In this document: in pieces, positions 1-8,653 of the stretch
How positions within the stretch are numbered: the first letter of the stretch is position 1
How the letters are laid out: the number at the start of each line of letters is the position of its first letter
Notes under the pieces: model-generated
Databases searched by the model: none
Told to the model about the DNA's origin: nothing
Seen by the model: only the letters and a program-made list of their open reading frames with translations
Made by a program: the position numbers and the translations under genes
Source: a virus
Taxonomy: Duplodnaviria > Caudoviricetes
Direction: 5' to 3' (one strand)
Length of the DNA: 30,596 bases
IMG/VR virus record: IMGVR_UViG_3300012953_000131
Coordinates: 1 to 30,596 of that record

Positions 1-2
1 AA

Positions 3-278
3 GGTGACAAAGACTATCCTAAGACATTGAATGTAGAAGCTAAGACTGCTGCATGGCAACGTAAGGAAGGTAAGAACAAGAAGGGTGGATTGAATGAGAA
101 GGGTAGGAAGTCTTATGAACGTGAGAATCCTGGTTCTGATCTAAAAGCACCACAACCTGAAGGTGGTCCACGTAAAAGATCATTCTGTGCTCGCATGGGT
201 GGTGTCAAAGGACCGATGAAGAAACCTGATGGGTCTCCAACTCGTAAGGCATTGGCACTACGAAAATGGAAGTGTTAA
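3..278 (+). CDS. Basic conserved phage protein, 5'-truncated by the window edge (PGSDLKAP...RKRSFCARM...LRKWKC module)
   Basis: The frame is open from base 3 (GDKDYPKTLNVEAK...), so the listed TTG at 27 is probably not the start. The Lys/Arg-rich module is one I recall from T4-like cyanophage hypothetical proteins. Confidence 0.7.
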   Translation, partial: GDKDYPKTLNVEAKTAAWQRKEGKNKKGGLNEKGRKSYERENPGSDLKAPQPEGGPRKRSFCARMGGVKGPMKKPDGSPTRKALALRKWKC

Positions 279-280
279 CA

Positions 281-418
281 ATGAAATCATTCAAAAATTT
301 TCTAAAAGAAAAGGAATCTGTTGACGATAAAATTTATCGTCAATATAAGGATGTTACTAATCCCAAGAAACCATCTGAAAAAGATTTAATTAAAGGTTTA
401 CCTATTCCCAAGGTATGA
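281..418 (+). CDS. 45-aa protein with a T4 internal-protein-like capsid targeting N-terminus (MKSFKNFLKE)
   Basis: Not in the ORF track. ATG at 281 is 2 nt after the upstream stop, and its TGA (416-418) overlaps the next ATG (ATGA). Translation: MKSFKNFLKEKESVDDKIYRQYKDVTNPKKPSEKDLIKGLPIPKV. Confidence 0.7.
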   Translation: MKSFKNFLKEKESVDDKIYRQYKDVTNPKKPSEKDLIKGLPIPKV

Positions 419-606
419 AAAAAGCACCAGTAAATGATCACGACTACCTAAAACGGGATTTAGATAGTGGTGCTATTGTAAATACCGACCATGTATCTTA
501 CGAAAGGTATATGGTCGAAAAAAATTCTCGTATCCGACAACAGAATGAAATTATTCATCTAAAGGAGGAGATTGAAATCCTCAAAGCGATGATACGTGAT
601 AAATAA
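415..606 (+). CDS. Small conserved T4-like phage hypothetical protein (LxRDxxSGAIVN plus C-terminal coiled coil)
   Basis: ATGA-coupled to the upstream ORF; the motif is typical of the small ORFs near baseplate genes in T4-like cyanophages. Confidence 0.7.
   Translation: MKKAPVNDHDYLKRDLDSGAIVNTDHVSYERYMVEKNSRIRQQNEIIHLKEEIEILKAMIRDK
599..605 (+). promoter_or_regulatory. T4-type late promoter (ATAAATA)
   Basis: gATAAATA about 20 nt upstream of ATG 627; T4 gp55 consensus is TATAAATA. Confidence 0.6.
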
Positions 607-626
607 TTCCAATATAGGTAGGCATA

Positions 627-1010
627 ATGGCAGTTCCTGTCGTCAATATAGTAATTGAAACTGACACTGACTTTTCAAGAACATTCAACTTGAAAAAGAG
701 TGATAATACTCCATTGAATTTAATTAACTATACTTTTGATGCTCATATGAGAAAACACCTTTATTCCAGTGAGAATAGGGGTGTTTCTTTTGGTGCTACT
801 TATGGTGTAGATCCTTCTTTAGGTGCTTTGACCATAACTCTTGATGATACAGTGAGTGGATTTGGATCCCTCACTTCTGGTAGGTATCATTATGATGTTA
901 TTATTATGAATACCAATAACAGTAAGAAGACCAAAGTAATTACTGGTCAGGCAAAAGTTAATGGAACAACTGGAGTTACAATCACCAAAGGTTATGGTCA
1001 GTACTACTAA
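627..1010 (+). CDS. Putative virion structural protein (beta-rich, baseplate/fibre-associated)
   Basis: 127 aa with the pattern DFSRTFNL...PLNL..Y.F.A.MRK...GRY.YDV...KVITGQAKV. Lies under a late promoter, upstream of the fibre genes. Confidence 0.6.
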   Translation: MAVPVVNIVIETDTDFSRTFNLKKSDNTPLNLINYTFDAHMRKHLYSSENRGVSFGATYGVDPSLGALTITLDDTVSGFGSLTSGRYHYDVIIMNTNNSKKTKVITGQAKVNGTTGVTITKGYGQYY

Positions 1011-1717
1011 TGGATATTATAGTTGACGATACTGGAAGTGGTAGTCTTGCCCCTAATGTTGTTGTAGACTCTAGCAACATTGCTGACGAGTTTATTTCTT
1101 TATTTGGTAGAGGTGAAATTGAAGTCGTTTTTTCAAGTGGAGGAGGAAGTACAGTGAGCAGTTTAAAAGAACTTTTAGATGTTGCTTCAACTAATTTAGA
1201 TTCAAGTACTAATAAGTATGTACTAACCTACGATGCACCGCAAGATAGGTTTATATTCGTAAATCCTGATGATGTAATAGATTCAGCAGTAGGAGTTGCT
1301 GGATCTACAGCATATACACCAAATATGGCTTGGTGGGATGGTCTTACTGGTGTTCTTACACTAAGAATTCCCAATCATGGATTTGGTAATGGACATTACG
1401 TTAAGATCGCTGATAATTCATTAACATTTACTTGCAATGAAGATAGTCATGCAACGCAGCATACATATCCAAGACCATCAGACTATGCTAGTGGTAGATG
1501 GTTGTCAATTCATAACGTTGCTACAGATACATTCAGAGTTACAGCAGTAGAATCTGCCCCATCTACTAACACAACTGCTCATACATTTATTAGTGCAGTT
1601 ACTGGTTCTGTTACACATTCATCCGATCCTAGACCAGTAGGACTTTCTACAGGAACATTGGATTACTTAGATGATTATCTTGATGATAAGATAGATGTAG
1701 ATGCTGGTAGTTTTTAG
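1010..1717 (+). CDS. Putative tail-associated structural protein with an inserted ~100-aa LTFTC..D.H.T.HTYPR domain
   Basis: TAATG coupling to the upstream gene. Contains LxELLDV...YVLTYD, an internal mobile-type domain at about 1310-1615, and ends in DVDAGSF. Confidence 0.6.
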   Translation: MDIIVDDTGSGSLAPNVVVDSSNIADEFISLFGRGEIEVVFSSGGGSTVSSLKELLDVASTNLDSSTNKYVLTYDAPQDRFIFVNPDDVIDSAVGVAGSTAYTPNMAWWDGLTGVLTLRIPNHGFGNGHYVKIADNSLTFTCNEDSHATQHTYPRPSDYASGRWLSIHNVATDTFRVTAVESAPSTNTTAHTFISAVTGSVTHSSDPRPVGLSTGTLDYLDDYLDDKIDVDAGSF

Positions 1718-1735
1718 ATAAAGAATTTTTATAAA

Positions 1736-1742
1736 ATAAATA
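1736..1742 (+). promoter_or_regulatory. T4-type late promoter (ATAAATA)
   Basis: Intergenic, about 28 nt upstream of the tail fibre ATG at 1770. Confidence 0.65.
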
Positions 1743-1769
1743 CCTAGTAGGAAAAATACGTTTTTTTTA

Positions 1770-4700
1770 ATGGCTGCTCCTGTTATACAGTTTAAGAGGG
1801 GTCTGTTTGCAAATCTACCTGGTCTAAGAGCAGGTGAACCAGGTTTTACAACAGACAAATATGACCTCTACGTGGGAATTGACTCCACAACATCAAATAA
1901 TAAGTTTTTCGGATCTCATCGATATTGGACAAAAGAAACTACTACAGCAGGATCTGCTGTAAGAGTTGTTGAAGGAACTAATAATGGAACAAATTATATT
2001 GAACTAAAAGCACCTGCAACTATTGCAAATAATTTAACTTATACCTTACCAGGTACTGCTACTAATAATGGATTTTTGAAAACAGATGGTAGTGGTAATT
2101 TATCTTGGGATGATACGCTTGATTCTACTACTCTAACAGTTGCTGACGAGTCTTCTGATACAACCTGTTTCCCTGTATTTACAACAGCAGCAACAGGTTC
2201 CGTAGAACCAAAAACAGGAACTAATCTTACATTCAACTCTGACACAGGTGCTTTATCTGCTACGTCTTTTGTAGGATCTGGTTCTGGTCTTAGTGCAGGT
2301 ACAACACCACTTACTACATTAGATATAGACGGTGGTACAGATATAGGTGCTGACTTAGTAGATGCTGACTTAATTGTAGTTGATGACGGAGCAGGTGGTA
2401 CAAACCGTAAGTCTGCAATGTCTAGAGTCAAGTCATACGTTCTAGGTGGTGGATCAGGTGCTACATTTGCTGCAATCAATGTAACAGGTATTGCAACTGT
2501 TACCTATACTGATGCAACAAATATCAAGGCATCTGGTGTTGGTACTGTCACTGCAATCAAAAGTTCTAATCCACTTAGAAACTCAACTGGCGATGGTTTG
2601 ATTCCCGGAGTTGGTGTTATCACAGCGACTTCTGATGCAGGTCTTGTAACCGCATTCAAGTTTAGAGGTAATGGTCTACAGGACTTTATTGTTGCCGATG
2701 GAATTGCTGATGTTGTTCTATCTGGTGTTGCTGCAACTACATTCACATCATCACAAACAACAACTGCAACTGAAGGTCAGACTGCTGTTACAGTTTCTGC
2801 TGGTTATGATAATGGATTCATTGACGTTTATTTGAATGGTATTCGTCTAATCACAGGTACTGACTATACACAGACAAACTCAACTACTGTTACTCTTGCA
2901 ACAGGTGCTACTGCAGGTGATGAAATTGAAACTGTTGCTTGGAAATCACTTGGAGATGTTGTTAAGATACAATCTGTCAATATTATTGATAATCTATCAG
3001 TTACAGGTATTACAACAGCAACAGGTGGTGTTGTAGGTAATGTTACTGGTAATGTAACGGGTAACTTGACTGGTACTGCTGATGTTGCTACATCAGTTAC
3101 TGTTAGTGCAAATAATTCAACCAACGAGACTGTTTATCCATTATTTGTAGATGGTGCAACTGGATCTCAAGGTGCTGAAACTGACACAGGATTAACTTAT
3201 AATCCTTCAACTGGTGCTCTTACATCTACATCTTTTGTAGGTAACCTAACTGGTAATGTAACAGGTAATACATCTGGATCATCTGGATCTTGTACTGGTA
3301 ACGCTGCTACTGCTACTGCACTTGCATCTGCAAGAACTTTAGGTGGTGTATCATTTGATGGTACAGCAAACATCAACCTACCAGGTGTGAATGCTACTGG
3401 TGATCAAGATACAACTGGTAACGCTGCTACTGCTACTGAAGCAACAAACGTTACAGTTTCTGCTAATAATACAACCAATGAAACTGTTTATCCAATATTT
3501 GTTGATGGAGCAACTGGAACTCAAGGTGCTGAAACTGATACAGGATTAACTTATAATCCTTCAACTGGTGCTCTTACTGCAGCAACATTTACAGGTTCAG
3601 GAGTTGTAACTGGTAGTGCATTCCATACAGGTGCTGAAGGATCTGCAATCAGAGTTACTTCAAACACAATTTCTGGTCCTGCTACAATAACACTTGACCC
3701 TGCAGGGGTAGGTGATAACACAGGTAAGGTTACTATTGCTGGTGACTTACAAGTAGACGGTACAACAACCACGGTTAATTCTACCACTATGACAGTGGAT
3801 GATAAGAACCTTGAGTTGGGTACAGGTGCTGCTAACGATGCTGCTGCTAACGGTGGTGGTCTTACTATAGTATCTGGTGAAGGTAACAAGACATTCAATT
3901 TTGAAGCAACTGGTGACAACCTAGGATCTTCTGAGAACCTAAACGTTGCATCTGGTAAGGCATATAAGATTAATAACACATCAGTTCTAAATGCAACCAC
4001 ATTAGGTTCATCTGTTGTAGCATCTTCACTAACAAGTGTTGGTACTATTGCAACTGGTGTTTGGAATGGTACAGCAATCAATGATACCTACATTGGTACT
4101 ATTGACAATGCTAATAAAGTTGCACTATCTGCATTAGATATAGACGGTGCTACCGATATAGGTGCTGCGGTTGTAGATGCAGATTTGTTCATTGTTGATG
4201 ACGGTGCTGGTGGAACTAATAGAAAGGTTACAGCATCAAGGATTAAGTCATATATTGGTGGATATACAGGTGATATTACAACACTTGATATAGACGGTGG
4301 TACAGACATAGGTGCTGACTTAGTAGATGCTGATGAGTTTATTGTAGACGATGGTGGTGGTGGAACCAATAGACGTTCAGATCTTTCAAGAATTAAGAAA
4401 TATATTTACTCAGCAGCATCAGGAGATGCTACTGCTAGTGATAGTGGTGCAATTACTCTTGCAAACTCAGGAGTATCTGCAGGTACAGTTGGATCTGGAA
4501 GTGCGATACCTATTCTAACAATTGATGCTAAGGGTAGAATAACAAGTACATCTACTGCTTCTATTGATAGCACTGCTATTTCTCAAGGCAACTCAAGTAT
4601 GACTGTCGCTGACAGTGGTACTGGTACTATTGTAGCAGCAATTGATGGATCAACACTTGCAACATTCGCTGCTGCAGGTATTACATTATCATCTGGAGCA

Positions 4701-5963
4701 TTTGTTGGTAACCTTACAGGTAATGCATCTGGTTCATCTGGATCTTGTACTGGTAACTCTGCTACTGCTACTGCACTCGCTAACGCTAGAACTATTGCAG
4801 GTGTATCTTTTGATGGTACTGGTAACATATCACTGAACAATAACGCTATCACTAACGGTGCTGGTTACATCACAAGTTCAGGAACATCTGCTGCTTGTTC
4901 TGGTAACGCTGCTACCGCAACTGCACTAGCAAATGCTAGAACAATTGGTGGTGTATCATTCGATGGTACAGGAAACATCAACCTACCGGGTGTCAACGCA
5001 ACTGGTGATCAGGACACAACTGGAAACGCTGCAACTGCAACAGTTGGTACAACAATTACAATTGCTGATGAGTCATCAGACACAACTTGTTTCCCACTAT
5101 TCGCTACTGCTGCAACTGGAAACCTTGGAGCAAAGAGTGGTACTAATCTAACATTCAACTCAAGTTCAGGTGCTTTATCTGCCACATCATTCGTAGGATC
5201 TGGTTCTGGATTGACAGCAGGAACTACACCTCTCACAACTCTTGATATAGACGGTGGTAGTGATATAGGTGCTGGTCTTGCTGATGCTGATCTATTCATA
5301 GTTGACGATGGTGCAGGTGGTACTAATAAAAAGACTGCAGCATCTAGAATAAAAACTTATATTGCTGACGTAACACTAACTACTGCTTCACAACCAAACA
5401 TAACTGCAGTAGGTACAATTGCAAGTTTAGTTGCTTCAAGTGCTAAAGTTTCAGACCTAACTTCTGGAAGAGTTGTACTTGCAGGTACTGCTGGAGAGAT
5501 TGAAGATTCTGGTAATCTTACATTTAATGGATCTACTCTTGCTGTTACTGGTGCTGCTACAGTTTCTTCCAACCTTACAGTTAGTGGAAATCTATTTGTC
5601 AACGGTACGACTACACAAGTCAATACAGTCAACACAACCATTGAAGATACATTACTTGAACTTCAGAAGGTTGATGGTGGTAACCTAGGTTCAGATACCA
5701 ACAAGGACGTTGGTCTCGTAATGAACTACTATGATGGATCTGCTAAGAAAGCAGCGATGTTCTGGGATGATTCTGCAGGGAGATTTGCTTTCGGTAGTGT
5801 AGTTACTGAGACAACTGGTGTTCTAGGGTCTGTAACATACGGTGGAGTTGAAATGGGTTCATTGTACTTGAATGATTGTGCTGGTGCTTCACAAGTTATC
5901 TCTTGTAGTGGTACTACACGTTCACTCGAAAACATAACCATAGACGGTGGAACGTTCTCATAA
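1770..5963 (+). CDS. Long tail fibre protein (1397 aa, Gly/Thr/Ser-rich, modular repeats)
   Basis: N-terminus IQFKRG...LRAGEPGFTTD...LYVG; GNAATATALAxART(I/L)GGVSFDGT repeats as in side-tail-fibre-like proteins; GNLTGNVTGN runs; L.V.GTTT.VN(S/T) modules. Confidence 0.85.
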   Translation: MAAPVIQFKRGLFANLPGLRAGEPGFTTDKYDLYVGIDSTTSNNKFFGSHRYWTKETTTAGSAVRVVEGTNNGTNYIELKAPATIANNLTYTLPGTATNNGFLKTDGSGNLSWDDTLDSTTLTVADESSDTTCFPVFTTAATGSVEPKTGTNLTFNSDTGALSATSFVGSGSGLSAGTTPLTTLDIDGGTDIGADLVDADLIVVDDGAGGTNRKSAMSRVKSYVLGGGSGATFAAINVTGIATVTYTDATNIKASGVGTVTAIKSSNPLRNSTGDGLIPGVGVITATSDAGLVTAFKFRGNGLQDFIVADGIADVVLSGVAATTFTSSQTTTATEGQTAVTVSAGYDNGFIDVYLNGIRLITGTDYTQTNSTTVTLATGATAGDEIETVAWKSLGDVVKIQSVNIIDNLSVTGITTATGGVVGNVTGNVTGNLTGTADVATSVTVSANNSTNETVYPLFVDGATGSQGAETDTGLTYNPSTGALTSTSFVGNLTGNVTGNTSGSSGSCTGNAATATALASARTLGGVSFDGTANINLPGVNATGDQDTTGNAATATEATNVTVSANNTTNETVYPIFVDGATGTQGAETDTGLTYNPSTGALTAATFTGSGVVTGSAFHTGAEGSAIRVTSNTISGPATITLDPAGVGDNTGKVTIAGDLQVDGTTTTVNSTTMTVDDKNLELGTGAANDAAANGGGLTIVSGEGNKTFNFEATGDNLGSSENLNVASGKAYKINNTSVLNATTLGSSVVASSLTSVGTIATGVWNGTAINDTYIGTIDNANKVALSALDIDGATDIGAAVVDADLFIVDDGAGGTNRKVTASRIKSYIGGYTGDITTLDIDGGTDIGADLVDADEFIVDDGGGGTNRRSDLSRIKKYIYSAASGDATASDSGAITLANSGVSAGTVGSGSAIPILTIDAKGRITSTSTASIDSTAISQGNSSMTVADSGTGTIVAAIDGSTLATFAAAGITLSSGAFVGNLTGNASGSSGSCTGNSATATALANARTIAGVSFDGTGNISLNNNAITNGAGYITSSGTSAACSGNAATATALANARTIGGVSFDGTGNINLPGVNATGDQDTTGNAATATVGTTITIADESSDTTCFPLFATAATGNLGAKSGTNLTFNSSSGALSATSFVGSGSGLTAGTTPLTTLDIDGGSDIGAGLADADLFIVDDGAGGTNKKTAASRIKTYIADVTLTTASQPNITAVGTIASLVASSAKVSDLTSGRVVLAGTAGEIEDSGNLTFNGSTLAVTGAATVSSNLTVSGNLFVNGTTTQVNTVNTTIEDTLLELQKVDGGNLGSDTNKDVGLVMNYYDGSAKKAAMFWDDSAGRFAFGSVVTETTGVLGSVTYGGVEMGSLYLNDCAGASQVISCSGTTRSLENITIDGGTFS
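2142..2441 (+). repeat. Fibre repeat A copy 1 (100 codons, ADESSDTTCFP...SRVKSYV); copy 2 at 5064-5363
   Basis: The two translated blocks align without gaps, with many synonymous differences. Confidence 0.9.
3096..3578 (+). repeat. Fibre repeat B, two copies (3096-3224 and 3450-3578; VTVSANN.TNETVYP.FVDGATG.QGAETDTGLTYNPSTGALT)
   Basis: Near-identical protein; the DNA stretch caaggtgctgaaactga(c/t)acaggattaacttataatccttcaactggtgctcttac differs at one base. Confidence 0.9.
4134..4406 (+). repeat. Fibre repeat D, tandem pair (LDIDG.TDIGA..VDAD.FIVDDG.GGTNR); further copies start at 2319 and 5241
   Basis: Four copies in the translation; those at 4134 and 4284 are spaced 150 nt apart. Confidence 0.9.
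4752..5042 (+). repeat. Fibre repeat C (GN.ATATALA.ART..GVSFDGT.NI): partial copy at 4752, full copy at 4902-5042; another full copy at 3297-3437
   Basis: Seen directly in the translation. Confidence 0.9.
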
Positions 5964-5986
5964 ACGCTTATAAAACTTTGATATAT

Positions 5987-6012
5987 AAGGGGACTAGACA
6001 GTCCCCTTTTTT
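5987..6012 (+). terminator. Rho-independent terminator after the tail fibre gene
   Basis: Stem aaggggact / agtcccctt with loop agac, followed by a T run at 6007-6012. Confidence 0.85.
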
Positions 6013-6022
6013 ATGGTATATT

Positions 6023-6214
6023 ATGAAACGCAATCCAACTAAAAACATTTACACATCTAAAAGAAATGAGGATGCACGACAAAAGTGGGAATCCATTGCT
6101 CTGAAATTTGACAAACCTGAAGCAGAAGTAGCATATGATGCAATTAAATTGCTTAGTGCTTATATTGAACGCACAGGTACTTATCCAAAAAAACAATTTT
6201 TTATTAACTTCTAA
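6023..6214 (+). CDS. Hypothetical protein (63 aa)
   Basis: ATG 6023 lies just after the terminator; the listed start at 5978 would run through the hairpin. The stop is 3 nt before the next ATG. Confidence 0.55.
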   Translation: MKRNPTKNIYTSKRNEDARQKWESIALKFDKPEAEVAYDAIKLLSAYIERTGTYPKKQFFINF

Positions 6215-6217
6215 ATT

Positions 6218-6457
6218 ATGAATCCTGAAGTAGAAGCGTTGATAAACGTTTATCAACGCAGATTAAATGATGCAACAGCACAAGCAGTGGCATATGAAGC
6301 AAGAGTTGCTCTTCTTACTAAGCAACTTGAAGAAGTATTAGCAGCACAACAACAAGCAGCACAACAACAAGCAACAGAACAATCTCCTCCTCCACCTGAA
6401 GAAACCAAAAAAACTAGTAAGAAAAAGGTAGAATCTCAGAACGGTGGCGGATTTTAA
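6218..6457 (+). CDS. Small coiled-coil protein, possibly fibre-associated; ends in NGGGF
   Basis: 79 aa; heptad-like N-terminal half and Gln/Pro/Lys-rich tail; located downstream of the fibre gene. Confidence 0.65.
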   Translation: MNPEVEALINVYQRRLNDATAQAVAYEARVALLTKQLEEVLAAQQQAAQQQATEQSPPPPEETKKTSKKKVESQNGGGF

Positions 6458-7199
6458 AGAAGAACAATTAATATTTTACTGTGCAGTACCAGGGTCGGGA
6501 TGGGCAAAACTATCCCTTCTCCTTGCTTGCTGTGGTAAACTAAACATAAACAAGTCTGATAGGCGACCAGAATGGGAGGAGAGAGGTCGTTTAGGTGATA
6601 CTAACCACGTATTCCATAAAGGATGTTATTGGGATCCTCAGAGGGAATATGGGGGTGGTTTTGATGATATTGGAAAGAACTATAGTAAGCAGAAATTTAT
6701 TGATGAATGTCTTAGACCATTCAAAGAACATGATGAAAGAAATTATCTTATAAGATCACATTTTTTTGCTGAAACAAAAAATCTAAATTGGTTAGTTGAA
6801 AATTTTCCAAATAATAAAATTATCTTTGTTCTAAGAGAAGCAAAACCATGTTTTGAGGGTTGGCATACTGGTATGTCATTTACAGGTCATTATCCTAATT
6901 ACAAAGCATGGATGGCAAGAACTGATATAGATTTATGTAAAGAAAATTATGATAAGTTATGGAGAACGATAAAACGACATGATGGGATGATAAGAAGATG
7001 GATTTCGGATAAAGATTGTTATATAATACAACCTAATAAACATTTCATCAATCAACTAGGGTATGTGTGGGATGAGGAAGGAACTGAAGAATATATGAAG
7101 ATGATGCACACACATCAATTTTATGCAACACCTGTCCCAATGTATGATGCACCATTTTGTTTCTATAACTGTGATGATATTTTTACTATAAAATCATGA
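6444..7199 (+). CDS. Divergent sulfotransferase-fold (P-loop-like) protein, paralog 1A
   Basis: N-terminal strand-loop LIFYCAVPGSGWAKL; central LIRSH and FPNNKIIFVLRE, matching the sulfotransferase 'vKsH...fP.akiI.i.R.' layout. Clearly paralogous to the next ORF. Confidence 0.6.
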   Translation: MADFKEEQLIFYCAVPGSGWAKLSLLLACCGKLNINKSDRRPEWEERGRLGDTNHVFHKGCYWDPQREYGGGFDDIGKNYSKQKFIDECLRPFKEHDERNYLIRSHFFAETKNLNWLVENFPNNKIIFVLREAKPCFEGWHTGMSFTGHYPNYKAWMARTDIDLCKENYDKLWRTIKRHDGMIRRWISDKDCYIIQPNKHFINQLGYVWDEEGTEEYMKMMHTHQFYATPVPMYDAPFCFYNCDDIFTIKS

Positions 7200-7960
7200 A
7201 AGATAATCAATTAGTATTTTTTCTAGGTATTCCTGGATCTGGATGGGCAAAAATAGATTCACTGATGAGACAGTGTAAGAATTTTAGTTTTAATGAATCA
7301 GATTATAACGAAAATACTATATGGGATAGATGTACAAATGTACATTATTTGAATCATAAAGGTCATTTCTTAGGACCTGGTAGTGGTGTTGGTGAAGGAT
7401 TCAGAGATATAGGTGCAAATTATACAAAAGAATCTTTCATAGAAGAGTGTATGAAAGTTTATGAAGATATTAATGATCATGATAGTTACATGGTAAAGTG
7501 TCATTGGTTTTGTGAAAAGAAAAATATAAAATGGTTAGAAACAAATTTTCCAAATAATAGGTATATTTCAGTCCTCAGAGATGTAGAGTTATGTAATTCT
7601 AGATGGTTGACTTCTATGACTTTTGCAAAAGATTATCCAAAATATACTGCATGGATGGTTAAGGAAGATCCTGATGAAGAGTTTGGTAAACATTGTAAAG
7701 AAAATGAAGATAATCTAAAATTATTAAATCATATCCATGATATAAATCTAAGATCATTTGTAAGAAGAAAGGCAGATCTTATCTTCTGTCCGACAAAATA
7801 TATGCTTGATAGAATGGGATATCTTTGGGATGAAACAGGAGAACATGAATTCACTTGGTATAAAAGATGTTATATGAAAGATAAAAGTCTTACAACAAGA
7901 GCACCAGTATATGATACTGCAATTGCTTTGACTAATTGTCATACGGAGTTAGGATTTTGA
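7196..7960 (+). CDS. Divergent sulfotransferase-fold protein, paralog 1B
   Basis: ATGA-coupled. LVFFLGIPGSGWAKI, MVKCHWF, FPNNRYISVLRD; shares HKG, GF.DIG.NY, YP.Y.AWM, GY.WDE.G and P.YD with 1A. Confidence 0.6.
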   Translation: MKDNQLVFFLGIPGSGWAKIDSLMRQCKNFSFNESDYNENTIWDRCTNVHYLNHKGHFLGPGSGVGEGFRDIGANYTKESFIEECMKVYEDINDHDSYMVKCHWFCEKKNIKWLETNFPNNRYISVLRDVELCNSRWLTSMTFAKDYPKYTAWMVKEDPDEEFGKHCKENEDNLKLLNHIHDINLRSFVRRKADLIFCPTKYMLDRMGYLWDETGEHEFTWYKRCYMKDKSLTTRAPVYDTAIALTNCHTELGF

Positions 7961-8619
7961 TATTCTATGGTGATAGTTGGTGCTATTCATATAGAAAATT
8001 TAGACTGCGTGATTTAGAATATGGTAAATCAATACCTGATTTATTGGGAGAAGGTAATCACTGTTACGCTAAGAGAAGATTGAATAATGCAGAAATATTA
8101 GATCAGATAAAAGAATATCCATGTATTGTTTTTCAGACTGATCCTTTGAGGGATACTTTTATTGATTGGAATAATAAGAAAAAACCAACTCATTTAGAGT
8201 TTGATGAGAAGTTTATTCCTAAAGGAGAATTTGATTTGATGGATATTGCAAAAGATAGATTGGATTTATTTTATAGTAAATTGTCAGGTAAGGATGTTGT
8301 ATTATTTTCTGGAGCATCAAAAGTTGATGTTGAATTGGCAACAAGATACAATTTGAAATATATTGAGAAGAGTGCTACTGAAATACTAGTTGGTGACTTT
8401 GATGACACACCATTATTTGACTATCATTATACATTGAGAAATGATAAGTATCTCAAGGAAACATTTCCCACCTATAAAAGTAAAAAGTCTATCCTTGACA
8501 GGGTTGGTAATAAAAATTTGATATGGAAAAGTAATTCAGAGTTATTTTCAAATAGACATGTTACGGAAAAGGGAAATCGTATCATATCTCAATATATTTC
8601 TGAAAATATTGTGCTATAA
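7957..8619 (+). CDS. Putative SGNH/GDSL-like hydrolase or acyltransferase fold protein
   Basis: Likely TTG start at 7957 (TTGA overlap, GGAG upstream). N-terminal IFYGDSW resembles the GDS block and C-terminal NRHVTEKGNRII resembles the DxxHPxxxG block, but is degenerate. Confidence 0.5.
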   Translation: MIFYGDSWCYSYRKFRLRDLEYGKSIPDLLGEGNHCYAKRRLNNAEILDQIKEYPCIVFQTDPLRDTFIDWNNKKKPTHLEFDEKFIPKGEFDLMDIAKDRLDLFYSKLSGKDVVLFSGASKVDVELATRYNLKYIEKSATEILVGDFDDTPLFDYHYTLRNDKYLKETFPTYKSKKSILDRVGNKNLIWKSNSELFSNRHVTEKGNRIISQYISENIVL

Positions 8620-8620
8620 T
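8612..8620 (+). promoter_or_regulatory. Sigma70-like extended -10 (TGcTATAAT), followed by late-like TATACATA
   Basis: Perfect TGnTATAAT about 34 nt upstream of ATG 8654. Confidence 0.5.
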
Positions 8621-8653
8621 TATACATAGTTATGTGTTCAAATGGAGACACTT

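Noticed and set aside
2039-5941. Many minus-strand and alternate-frame ORFs within the tail fibre gene
   Set aside because: They are shadows of Gly/Thr/Ala/Ser-rich codons that seldom give antisense stops. They have no RBS, promoter or family motif.
1770-5963. Fibre repeats as a diversity-generating retroelement or CRISPR-like array
   Set aside because: All repeats are in-frame coding units with mostly synonymous differences. There is no adenine-specific pattern, no reverse transcriptase in the window and no spacer structure.
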